Positions 55,485-64,000 of a DNA stretch of 64,000 nucleotides are shown in pieces. The first letter of the stretch is position 1; the number at the start of each line of letters is the position of its first letter. The stretch is from NCBI GenBank assembly GCA_963781585.1, contig CAWAGQ010000004.1, positions 1,024,001-1,088,000 of the forward strand. The letters are read 5' to 3'. Source of the stretch: an uncultured Gemmatimonadaceae bacterium. Lineage in GTDB: Bacteria > Gemmatimonadota > Gemmatimonadetes > Gemmatimonadales > Gemmatimonadaceae. A model generated the notes under the pieces. It did no database searches and had not been told where the DNA came from. It saw nothing but the letters and a program-made list of their open reading frames with translations. The position numbers and the translations under genes are program-made.

Positions 55485-56231
55485 TCACCAGCGCCGCACG
55501 ACCCGTGCGGTCACAATGTAATCCAGGCGCGGAAACCGGCGCCGCAAGTAGGCATTCCCCTGCAACCGGATCGAGTCCTGCGATGGACCGGGGAAGGTCT
55601 GACCACCCCGCGTCCCGGAGTATTCCCAGGTGAGCGAATCGAGCACCGACAGCCCCTGCACGACCTCACCGATCGGCGGGAAACCGAAGCCATTGAGGGT
55701 ATCGAGTCGCGGGGTGTTGTCGACGGTGTTGAAGAAGAGCTGGACCGAGCGTGTGTTCGGTCCCCCGCGCGCAAACGCCAGGGCGCCGCGACGGTTCGGT
55801 GCCTTCACCGGGTCGTCGGGAATTGTCTGCCCCCGCCAGGCGGCATTCACCGAAGGATCCCCGTGCAGCCCGAACTGCGCGACGAAGTTCCGGATCGTGC
55901 GAAAGAAGGCGGCATCGTCGAAGTAGCCGGCGCGCACCAGACCGTAGTAGCGATCCGCTCCGTGTGGCGACCAGTCGCGGCGGACTCGCACCATCATTGC
56001 GCCTTTTGTCGTAACCAACTCGACGTCGAACGAGTCGGGCGCCACCGCACTGTATTCCCGTGACCCGGGCGCGAACAGCGAGGTGCGGTGCGTGCACCCG
56101 AGGGTCGTCGCGCCCCCGAGCATGGCGCAGAATGCAGCGACCCGAAGCCCGGGCCTCACACGCTGCCGCCTCGACCGCGGAAACTGCTGTGCACGCGAGA
56201 ACGCTGAGCGCATCGGCGCGGAATGTACCAC
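55485..56231 (-). CDS. Cyclophilin-type peptidyl-prolyl isomerase (exported/lipoprotein)
   Basis: W.P.GADR.Y.LV..GYFD..FFR...FVAQFG, FA..GPNTRS.Q.F.N, GFPP.GEV..G; start uncertain. Confidence 0.85.
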   Translation of the reverse strand: MVHSAPMRSAFSRAQQFPRSRRQRVRPGLRVAAFCAMLGGATTLGCTHRTSLFAPGSREYSAVAPDSFDVELVTTKGAMMVRVRRDWSPHGADRYYGLVRAGYFDDAAFFRTIRNFVAQFGLHGDPSVNAAWRGQTIPDDPVKAPNRRGALAFARGGPNTRSVQLFFNTVDNTPRLDTLNGFGFPPIGEVVQGLSVLDSLTWEYSGTRGGQTFPGPSQDSIRLQGNAYLRRRFPRLDYIVTARVVRRW

Positions 56232-56246
56232 TGCGGTTACCCTGTG

Positions 56247-56738
56247 TCATTCATCCGGCGACACGCCGAGGTGCACCGCAAGGCGGTCCAGCAGCTCGGT
56301 CTGGGCGCCATTGATCTTCGTCCGGGCCACTGGAAGCGGAAACCAGGCGCATCGGTCCACCTCCGGAAACGTCTCCCAGCGTCCCGATCCCGGAGGGCGT
56401 TCCACGCGCACGACGTTGCTGCGGAGCGCGCTGATGTCGGCGTCACCCCGACAGCCCCAGGCGAACACCGTCTTCCCTGCCTTCTGGCGGACGCTTCCGA
56501 GGGACACGAAGGGCCCCTCTGGCGCCATTCCGGTCTCCTCCTCGAACTCGCGCCGAGCCGCCTCGAGCAGATCTTCGCCCGCGGCGACCTCCCCTTTCGG
56601 GATTGACCACGCGCCGAGGTCCCGTCGCCGCCAGAACGGACCGCCTGGATGGGCGAGCAGCACCTCGAGCCCGCCGGCACCACTCCGATACAGAAGGAGC
56701 CCGGCGCTGACGGCGCGCGGCGTCGGCCGTGTCGACAT
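56247..56738 (-). CDS. NUDIX hydrolase
   Basis: SAGLLLYR, HPGGPFW, WSIPKG E..AARREFEEETG Nudix box, FPEVDR..WF. Confidence 0.9.
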   Translation of the reverse strand: MSTRPTPRAVSAGLLLYRSGAGGLEVLLAHPGGPFWRRRDLGAWSIPKGEVAAGEDLLEAARREFEEETGMAPEGPFVSLGSVRQKAGKTVFAWGCRGDADISALRSNVVRVERPPGSGRWETFPEVDRCAWFPLPVARTKINGAQTELLDRLAVHLGVSPDE

Positions 56739-56799
56739 GCAACGCCCGATCCCGCGGCCTAACGAGATCTGGTACGCGATGCGCTCGCGCCCGGCAGGA

Positions 56800-57335
56800 T
56801 CATGACGAACCCGGTCCGGGAAGCCGCGCCGGTCGCGAGGCAGACAAGTCGCGCCCGGCGTCCGCAGTCGCCTGCTGCAGCAGATGCTCGCTCACGGCCA
56901 GCGCCAGCTCGCTGGTGAATTCGCGCGCCACCTGGCTGTCGGCACCGCGAATCTCGAGCACCATCTCGGCCGGGTGTTCGAGCACCAGCCCCGATACGCC
57001 CCCTTCGCCGGCCAATGCGTCGAACGCCCGCAGGTCGGCGGCGTTGAGCACCACGACCTGGCGGGGGAGCCAGTTCCGCCATCGCCGGTGCACGCGCGCT
57101 CCCGCCAGACCCGACAACGGCACCGAGACTTCCCGCAGCGGCGCCAGTTCACGATCGGTGCGGATCTCGCGCCCAACCCGGCTCACCTCGACGCTCGCCC
57201 GCCACTGGATCACCAGACGGTCGTCCTCCAGGCGGAGCAGGCCGTGAATCTCTTCGCGGGTGGACGTGATCTCGCGACGGCTCACCACCCATGTTCTCGT
57301 CGGAGGACGAATGGCAACGCGGAGAGATGAGACAT
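56800..57335 (-). CDS. Hypothetical protein, possibly frameshifted near 57289 (main ORF 56800..57288)
   Basis: ATG 57335 gives MSHLSALPFVLRREH, then 2 nt, then the long frame VVSRREITSTREEIHGLL... Confidence 0.5.
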
Positions 57336-57398
57336 GTCAATCGGGATGCGGAGGTCGTGGTCGACGATGGCCAGTCCTGCAACCGGCGCAGTTAGGCA

Positions 57399-57686
57399 TC
57401 ACCGAATCCCGAGCCACTCCGGAAAGTTCTGGATCGCGGAGCGCACCACCAATACGAGCAGAACTCCGGCGATGGCACAGCGTACCAGGGCCCCAACCAC
57501 GGGGAGCAGGCGGTTCTCGCCCGGGGTGTGGTGGGTGAGCCGGTTGAACAGCGCCCGAACGCTGCTGATCGCGAACCAGGCGAGGCCGTACGCGAACACC
57601 ATCAGCAGCAAGACGAGGAATCGCGTTCCCCACACGCCGGCGTGCTCCACCAGCCAGTCGACCAGATCCTCGAAGAGTCCTTTCAC
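57399..57686 (-). CDS. Small membrane protein (2 TM)
   Basis: GAGGA SD then GTG 57686; two hydrophobic helices. Confidence 0.6.
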   Translation of the reverse strand: MKGLFEDLVDWLVEHAGVWGTRFLVLLLMVFAYGLAWFAISSVRALFNRLTHHTPGENRLLPVVGALVRCAIAGVLLVLVVRSAIQNFPEWLGIR

Positions 57687-57696
57687 GATCGTTTCC

Positions 57697-59745
57697 TCAG
57701 GATGTCGCGGCGTCACGCCGCCGCACCAGGGTGAGGATCGTGTAGGTCGCCACGAGCTCGTTCTCCTGATTCGTGACGCCGACGTCCCACGCCACGACAC
57801 CCTGCGGAACGCCGTCGGGGGGCGTTTCTTTCAGCGTCTTCGACTTGCAGGTGAGGCGGGCCCGGATCGTATCGCCGATGTAGACCGGTTTGGTGAAGCG
57901 CAGATTCTCCAGGCCGTAGTTGGCCAGCACCGGTCCCGGGGCGGGATCGACGAACAGCCCGGCGGCCGCCGAGAGCACGAAGTAGCCGTGCGCGACGCGG
58001 CGCCCGAAGATGGACTCCCTGGCCGCGATGTCGTCGACGTGCGCGTAGAAGTGATCGCCGCTGATGGCGGCGAAGTTGACGATGTCCGCCTCGGTCACGG
58101 TGCGGCGATGGGTGGTGAGGGTCTCGCCGATCGCAAGCTCGTCGAAATACTTGCGGAACGGGTGCACCTGATCGGCGGACTGGGCGGCCCCGGTAATCCA
58201 CTCCCTCGTTATGCGGGTGATCGTCGTGGGGGAGCCTTGCACCGCCGTGCGCTGCATGTAGTGGAGCACGCCGCGCACGCCCCCCATCTCCTCGCCACCG
58301 CCCGCCCGGCCCGGGCCGCCGTGCACGAGGTGCGGCAGCGGTGAGCCGTGGCCCGTGGACTCCCGCGCGCAGTGGCGGTTCACCACCACGAGTCGCCCGT
58401 GATACGATGCCGTTCCCAACACCACCTCGCGCGCCACGGCATCGTCGGCGGTGAACAACGAGCCGCACAGACTGCCGCGCCCACGCCGGGCCAGGTCGAT
58501 GGCGTCGTCCACGCTGTCGTAGGGCATGACCGTGTTCACCGGTCCGAACGCCTCGATCTCGTGCGGCTGCGAATGCGCACGCGGCTCGCTGCAGGCCAGC
58601 AACGTGATCGGAAAGAACGCCCCGGAACCGGCCGGCACGCCGACCGGTTCGATGCCGTCGCCGCCAAACACCACCTCGGCTCCGGCCTCCAGTGCCTGCA
58701 GCCGCTCGCGGACTTCGCGCACCTGCGGCGTGCCGGCAAGGGGGCCCATCTTCACGCCCTCGACCGCGGGATCGCCCACCTTCACGTCGCCAAGACGCTT
58801 CCGGAGCGCCTGCACCACGTCGTACATCATTCCGTTGGGGACGAGGGTGCGTCGAATGGCGGTGCACTTCTGTCCGGCCTTGGACGTCATCTCGCGCACG
58901 ACTTCCTTCACGAACAACTCGAACTCCTCGGTTCCGGGCGCGGCGTCCGGTCCAAGCAGCGAATAGTTGAGCGAGTCGGCTTCCTGATTGAAGCGTACCG
59001 CGCCGTTGACGATCGCCTCACGCTCGCGCAGCATGCGGCCCGTGGCCGCCGAGCCGGTGAACGCCACCGCGTCCTGTCCTCCGAGGTGGTCGAGCAGGTC
59101 GCCGGCGCTTCCGCAGATGAGCTGCACGGCGCCGGCGGGCAGGATCCCGGATTCGGTCAGTACCCGAAATACCCGTGCGGTGAGATAGCTGGTCAGGGTG
59201 GCCGGCTTCACGATGGCCGGCATGCCGGCCAGCAGGGTGGGCGCGAGCTTCTCCAGCATGCCCCAGGCGGGGAAGTTGAAGGCGTTGATGTGCACAGCCA
59301 CGCCTGCCAGTGGAACGCAGATGTGCCGCGCCACGAACGTGCCGTTCTTCGAGATCCCCTCCATGGGGCCGTCCAGGTAGAACGACTCGTCAGGCAGCTC
59401 GCGTCGGCCCTTGCTGGCGTAGACGAAGAACGTGCCGATGCCGCCGTCGATGTCGATCCACGAGTCGTTCCGGGTGGCGCCGGTGGCCGCCGACAGCGCG
59501 TACAGCTCGTCCTTGCGCTCGTTCAGATACATCGCGAGCGCCTTGAGCATCCGCGCGCGTTCGTGGAAGGTCATGCGACGCAGCGCCGGGCCGCCCACCT
59601 CCCGGGCGTGGCGCACCATGGCCCCGAAGTCGAGGCCATCGGACGACGCGATGGCGACCTGGTCGCCCGTCACCGCATGATAAAGCGGCGTTCCCGGACC
59701 GGACCCGTCGATCCATCGGTCAAGTGCGTAATGCTGCAGGCGCAT
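57697..59745 (-). CDS. paaZ: Phenylacetate catabolism bifunctional oxepin-CoA hydrolase / aldehyde dehydrogenase
   Basis: [53 protein letters not shown]-terminal MaoC domain (GDHFYAH, AHGYF). Confidence 0.95.
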   Translation of the reverse strand: MRLQHYALDRWIDGSGPGTPLYHAVTGDQVAIASSDGLDFGAMVRHAREVGGPALRRMTFHERARMLKALAMYLNERKDELYALSAATGATRNDSWIDIDGGIGTFFVYASKGRRELPDESFYLDGPMEGISKNGTFVARHICVPLAGVAVHINAFNFPAWGMLEKLAPTLLAGMPAIVKPATLTSYLTARVFRVLTESGILPAGAVQLICGSAGDLLDHLGGQDAVAFTGSAATGRMLREREAIVNGAVRFNQEADSLNYSLLGPDAAPGTEEFELFVKEVVREMTSKAGQKCTAIRRTLVPNGMMYDVVQALRKRLGDVKVGDPAVEGVKMGPLAGTPQVREVRERLQALEAGAEVVFGGDGIEPVGVPAGSGAFFPITLLACSEPRAHSQPHEIEAFGPVNTVMPYDSVDDAIDLARRGRGSLCGSLFTADDAVAREVVLGTASYHGRLVVVNRHCARESTGHGSPLPHLVHGGPGRAGGGEEMGGVRGVLHYMQRTAVQGSPTTITRITREWITGAAQSADQVHPFRKYFDELAIGETLTTHRRTVTEADIVNFAAISGDHFYAHVDDIAARESIFGRRVAHGYFVLSAAAGLFVDPAPGPVLANYGLENLRFTKPVYIGDTIRARLTCKSKTLKETPPDGVPQGVVAWDVGVTNQENELVATYTILTLVRRRDAATS

Positions 59746-59767
59746 GAGGGGGAACGGCGTCCGCTGG

Positions 59768-61006
59768 TCAGATGATCGACTTGACGCCGTTCAGCGCGCG
59801 CCGCCACAGGTGCGGCCGCGGCCCGGGGGTCCGCCCACGTCGGGCCACGACGTGATACGCCTGCAGGGTATTGTTCCGGAACGCATGGGCGCCGCCCCAG
59901 AGGTACAACTGCCACGCACGAAACAGGCGCTCGCCCCAGCGGCGGACGATCAGATCGCGAGCCGCGTCGAATCGCTCGGCCCATCGCATCATCGTCAACT
60001 CGTAGTCCCGGGTCTCGCTCTGCACCTCCAGCAGATCCATTCCGTGGTAGGACAACTCGCGCAGCAGGTCCTGCAGGCACAGAAACGTGTGCGACCCGGG
60101 CCAGATGTACTTCCGGGTGAATGAACTGATGTCGAACTTCTCGCGCGACGCCGAGGCGTCCAGGTACAATCGGCCCTCCGGCTTCAGCAACCCCCACACG
60201 CGGCGGGCGAACGCGCGGTAGTCGGGGATGTGCTCGATGACACCGAAGATCACCACGGCGTCGTAGGGCTGCGCCGGCTGATGGACCAGAAAATCCTCGA
60301 GGCGCACCTCGGCCGTCAGGTGGGCACATTCGATGACTCGCGCCACAAACGCGCGGGAATCCTCGGCGATGGTCAGACCCGTGACGTGAATGCCACGCGA
60401 CCCGAAATACTCCTCGGCCGCGCCCCATCCGGCCCCGATATCCAGAATGCGCATGCCCGGCCGGAGGGCCAGCGCACGATACGCCTGTTCCAGCTTGCGT
60501 TCGACCGCGTCCTCGAGGGTATCGCGGTCATCGACGAAGATGCCGTGCGAATAGAGTCGGAACCGGCGGTCCAGCAGCGCCAGATAGAAGTCGTCGCCCA
60601 GCTCATAGTGCACGTCGATGGCCCGCCGGTTGAGCGACGTGCGCGGGCGAAAGAAGTGCGCGAACCAGACATTGAGGAACTCGCTGACTGGAACGCGGTC
60701 GACCAGTTGGGTGCGCACGTCGAAGGCACGGAGGAGGTCGCCCTCCACGTCGAATTCCCCATCGAGATACGATTCGGCGATACCGCGTTCGCCCAGGCCG
60801 CGCCCAAATGGTAGGTCGGTGTGAAACCGGAGTGCGAACGCCGGCGGCGATGCGCCTACGCGAACCGCCTGGCCGGATGCAAGGATGAGCTCGCAGGCGA
60901 CTCCGGCGCGATCAAGCAGGCGGCGGAGGTCGGCCAGCGGCCCCTCCAGCGTGGCGTCGCGCGCCCGCACGAACTCGCGCGGGTGCGGCGTTACGGTAGT
61001 GGCCAT
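59768..61006 (-). CDS. Cyclopropane-fatty-acyl-phospholipid synthase-like SAM methyltransferase
   Basis: ESYLDG, HYELGDDFY, LDIGAGWG, GVIEH, KYIWPG, R.WQLYL; start re-called to ATG 61006. Confidence 0.85.
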   Translation of the reverse strand: MATTVTPHPREFVRARDATLEGPLADLRRLLDRAGVACELILASGQAVRVGASPPAFALRFHTDLPFGRGLGERGIAESYLDGEFDVEGDLLRAFDVRTQLVDRVPVSEFLNVWFAHFFRPRTSLNRRAIDVHYELGDDFYLALLDRRFRLYSHGIFVDDRDTLEDAVERKLEQAYRALALRPGMRILDIGAGWGAAEEYFGSRGIHVTGLTIAEDSRAFVARVIECAHLTAEVRLEDFLVHQPAQPYDAVVIFGVIEHIPDYRAFARRVWGLLKPEGRLYLDASASREKFDISSFTRKYIWPGSHTFLCLQDLLRELSYHGMDLLEVQSETRDYELTMMRWAERFDAARDLIVRRWGERLFRAWQLYLWGGAHAFRNNTLQAYHVVARRGRTPGPRPHLWRRALNGVKSII

Positions 61007-61198
61007 GAGAGTTCTCTGGTTCCGAGAAAGGGGGGCGCCGGTGCCGCGCACGGTCCTTCGCCGGCGGTCCCACCCCGTTGGGAAAATGGGAGGCCTTTGC
61101 ACGCAACGGAAGGCGCGATTTGCGTGGGAGCGGGGCACCCCGGAGATTGTCAGGCATCGGTTTCTTCGGTTCGGCTCCCGCCTTCAGACCATTCCGTC

Positions 61199-62917
61199 AT
61201 GATCCGCCTTCCCGCGCGCCGAACGGCCGGCGCACTCCTCGTCGCCTGTGCCGGTGCACACGCGCTGCCCGCCCAGGACTCGTCCCAGGTCGTGCGTTCC
61301 CGACGGGGTCTGGTCGTGTCCGTTTCGGCGCCGGCGTCCGACGCCGGCGCGTCGGTTCTTGCCCGGGGCGGGAACGCGGTCGACGCGGCGGTGGCCACGG
61401 CGTTCGCGCTGGCGGTGACGCATCCCAGCGCCGGCAACATCGGCGGCGGCGGATTCATGGTCATTCGTCAGGCAAACGGCACGGCGACCACCATCGACTA
61501 CCGTGAGCGCGCGCCGCTCAAAGCCGACTCGCTGCTGTTCGCACCGGGTGGCACGCTCATCCGCGCGTTAGGCGATACCGGCTATCTGTCGGCCGGCGTC
61601 CCGGGCACCGTGCGCGGGCTGGAGCTTGCCCACCGCAAGTACGGCAAGCTGCCGTGGGCGCAGGTCGTGCAGCCGGCGGTGCAGCTTGCCAGCCGAGGGT
61701 GGCCGCTCTCGTCCGCGCTCGCGCGCGCCATCAATTCCACCGTCCACGGACGCAGTGCACGCTACCCCTCGACCGTCGAAGCCTACGGGAAGCCCGGTGG
61801 CGGCGACTGGCAGGCAGGGGACACGATCCGCCTGCCGGCGCTGGCGCACACGCTGTCCGAAATCGCGACCAAAGGGGCGGCGGTCTTCTACACCGGCTGG
61901 ATCGCCGATTCGATCGACGCCCAGATGCGGGCGCATCGCGGAGTCATGACGCGGGGAGACCTCGCGGTCTACGCCGCCGTTGAGCGTCCTCCCGTGCGGG
62001 GATCGTTTCTGGGCTACGACATCCTGGCGATGGGCCCCCCCACGTCGGGCGGCCAGGTAGTCATCGAAACCCTGAACCTGCTCGAGAAGCTGGGCGTGGG
62101 ATCGATGGAGCCGCAGTCGGCGTCGTACCTCTTCGCGCTCATCGAGGCGACGCGCCGGGCGTACTACGACCGCGCCCGGTTCCTCGGGGACGCCGATTTC
62201 GTACAGGTTCCGCTCGGCCGGCTGCTTTCCAAGGCCTACGCCGACTCGCTGGCCGCGACGATCGACCTGTCACACGCCACCAGGAGCGTCGACCTGGGAA
62301 GCGAGATCGTCACGGCGCACGAGTCGAATGAGACCACGCACTTTTCGGTGGTCGATGCCCAGGGCATGGCGGTGTCGAACACGTTCACGCTGCAGAACGG
62401 ATGGGGTAACGGCATCGTGGTGCAAGGGGCGGGCTTCCTGCTGAACGATGAGATGGGCGACTTCAACCGCCTGCCCGGCGTGACCAATGCGCGTGGCGAC
62501 ATCGGCACGCCGGCCAACATCATCGAACCGGGGAAGCGCATGCTGAGCTCAATGAGTCCGGTAATCCTGTCGCGCAACGGCAAACTCTTTCTGGTCACCG
62601 GTTCGCCCGGAGGACGCACCATTCCAAACACGGTGCTCGACGTGATCCTGGGTGTCACGGCCTTTCACATGAATGTGCGGGAGGCGGTGGACGCCCCGCG
62701 GCTGCACCATCAGTGGCTCCCGGACACGACCACCATCGAGCCCGGCGGCGCCAGCGATGACGTGCTCGCCGCGCTGCGCGCGAGGGGCGAGCACGTCGGA
62801 ATAGCACGCGGCCGGAATCAGGGTGACGCGCATTCGATCATGTACGATCCGGCAACCGGCACGGCGTCTGGAGCCAACGACAAGCGGAGTCCGGACTCGA
62901 AGGCCAGCAAGCCCTGA
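61199..62917 (+). CDS. ggt: Gamma-glutamyltransferase
   Basis: GGNAVDAAVA, GNIGGGGF, IDYRERAP, ETTHFSVVD (catalytic Thr), LNDEM.DF, PGKRMLSSM, GSPGG, PRLHHQW. Confidence 0.95.
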   Translation: MIRLPARRTAGALLVACAGAHALPAQDSSQVVRSRRGLVVSVSAPASDAGASVLARGGNAVDAAVATAFALAVTHPSAGNIGGGGFMVIRQANGTATTIDYRERAPLKADSLLFAPGGTLIRALGDTGYLSAGVPGTVRGLELAHRKYGKLPWAQVVQPAVQLASRGWPLSSALARAINSTVHGRSARYPSTVEAYGKPGGGDWQAGDTIRLPALAHTLSEIATKGAAVFYTGWIADSIDAQMRAHRGVMTRGDLAVYAAVERPPVRGSFLGYDILAMGPPTSGGQVVIETLNLLEKLGVGSMEPQSASYLFALIEATRRAYYDRARFLGDADFVQVPLGRLLSKAYADSLAATIDLSHATRSVDLGSEIVTAHESNETTHFSVVDAQGMAVSNTFTLQNGWGNGIVVQGAGFLLNDEMGDFNRLPGVTNARGDIGTPANIIEPGKRMLSSMSPVILSRNGKLFLVTGSPGGRTIPNTVLDVILGVTAFHMNVREAVDAPRLHHQWLPDTTTIEPGGASDDVLAALRARGEHVGIARGRNQGDAHSIMYDPATGTASGANDKRSPDSKASKP

Positions 62918-63034
62918 CCGCCAACAGCCCGATACCTCCGATCGCAGCTCACAGCGCACACTGATCGCTGGTAGCCCATAACCGAGAATCGATCGCCGCT
63001 CGCTCCCGGCTGGCGCGGTGCGGCGCCCGCGTCG

Positions 63035-64000
63035 TCAGGCGCGCTCGAGCACCATGGCCGCACCCTGCCCCACGCCCACGCACATGGTGCAGAGCGCGTA
63101 GCGGCCACCGGCTTGCGCCAGTTCGGTGGCCGCCGTCAGGAGCAGTCGCGCTCCGGACATTCCCAGCGGATGCCCCAGCGCAATCGCGCCGCCGCCCGGA
63201 TTGACCCGCGGATCGTCGTCGCGCAGTCCGAGCTCGCGCAGGCAGGCCAGCGATTGGGCGGCGAAGGCTTCGTTCAGCTCGATGACGGCCAGGTCGTCGA
63301 GCGAGAGCCCGGCCCGGTTCAGGACCTGCCGGGTGGCCGGCACGGGTCCCATCCCCATGAGTCGCGGTTCCACTCCCACCGCCGCCGCCGCCACGATGCG
63401 CGCCAGGGGCGCGAGCCCGAATTCGCCGACCGCCCGCTCGGCGGCCAGCAGCAGCGCGCAGGCGCCGTCGTTGATGCCTGACGAGTTCCCGGCCGTCACG
63501 CTTCCGTGGCCGTCGGTGCGGAACGCCGGACGCAGGCGGCCCAGCACCTCGCGCGTGGTTCCGGGCTTGATGAACTCGTCCGTCGCAAATTCCTCGGTGG
63601 CACCCTTTCGGGCGCCGGGCACCGTGACGGCGGTGATCTCGAGGGACAGCCGCCCGCGGTCGCGGGCGCGGGTCGCTTTCTCCTGGCTGCTCACGGCAAA
63701 AGCGTCCTGGTCTTCGCGCGACACCCGGTAGTGCTCCGCGACGTTCTCGGCGGTCTGGCCCATCGAATCGATTCCGTAGAGCTCGCGCATGCGCGGATTC
63801 ACGAAACGCCAGCCGATGCTCGTGTCGTAGAGCTGGGCGTCGCGGGCCCAGGGCGCGCCGCCCTTGGAGACCACGTATGGCGCCCGTGTCATGCTCTCCA
63901 CCCCGCCCGCGACGTACACGTCTCCGTCACCGAGGGCGATGCCGTTGGCGGCGATGGCGGCCGCGCTCATCCCGGAGGCGCACAGGCGGTTCACCGTCAT
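63035..64000 (-). CDS. pcaF: 3-oxoadipyl-CoA / 3-oxo-5,6-dehydrosuberyl-CoA thiolase (PcaF/PaaJ), 5' end beyond window
   Basis: TVNRLCASG, GGVESMTRAP, DT.IGWRF.N, TAGNSSGINDGA, NEAFA, GHPLG.SG, MCVGVGQG. Confidence 0.9.
   Translation of the reverse strand: MTVNRLCASGMSAAAIAANGIALGDGDVYVAGGVESMTRAPYVVSKGGAPWARDAQLYDTSIGWRFVNPRMRELYGIDSMGQTAENVAEHYRVSREDQDAFAVSSQEKATRARDRGRLSLEITAVTVPGARKGATEEFATDEFIKPGTTREVLGRLRPAFRTDGHGSVTAGNSSGINDGACALLLAAERAVGEFGLAPLARIVAAAAVGVEPRLMGMGPVPATRQVLNRAGLSLDDLAVIELNEAFAAQSLACLRELGLRDDDPRVNPGGGAIALGHPLGMSGARLLLTAATELAQAGGRYALCTMCVGVGQGAAMVLERA

Noticed and set aside
1..64000. tRNA, rRNA, integrase, transposase or prophage genes
   Set aside because: None recognised; a tRNAscan/Infernal/ISEScan run would be needed to exclude them formally

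Overview
High-GC bacterial chromosomal segment. The gene content (two VPS10/BNR beta-propeller hydrolases, an S9 peptidase, GGRGG-rich exported proteins, a PufC-like cytochrome) suggests Gemmatimonadota or a similar lineage; this is inference. About 55 CDSs, mostly on the minus strand. No rRNA, tRNA, CRISPR or mobile element was recognised. Main highlights: (1) A ~15.7 kb tightly coupled minus-strand energy-conservation operon (53937->38205): korA-korB-hypothetical-rnfB-[1712-aa PFOR/NifJ-like enzyme with a tethered C-terminal ferredoxin]-rnfCDGEA-small Cys-rich membrane protein-apbE-Cys-rich protein. The hypothetical gene aligns by eye to the PFOR's own TPP-domain region but lacks the catalytic motifs, so it may be a pseudo-enzyme subunit. 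(2) A five-gene putative catabolic operon (RraA/HMG aldolase, class V aminotransferase, DAACS transporter with NMDG changed to NKNG, LeuC/LeuD-like hydratase) for an unidentified acidic amino acid. (3) A signal-less BNR beta-propeller paired with a ThiS/MoaD ubiquitin-like protein, with no activating enzyme in the window. (4) An orphan MshEN-GspE/PilB ATPase next to a diguanylate cyclase. Also present: a MacAB-like ABC exporter, ClC and CPA1 transporters, paaZ/thiolase, ggt, a cfa-like methyltransferase, several small ORFs missing from or mis-started in the ORF track, a 46-bp perfect palindrome and a 7x14-15 bp tandem repeat. All functional calls come from motif recognition by eye; no searches were run.
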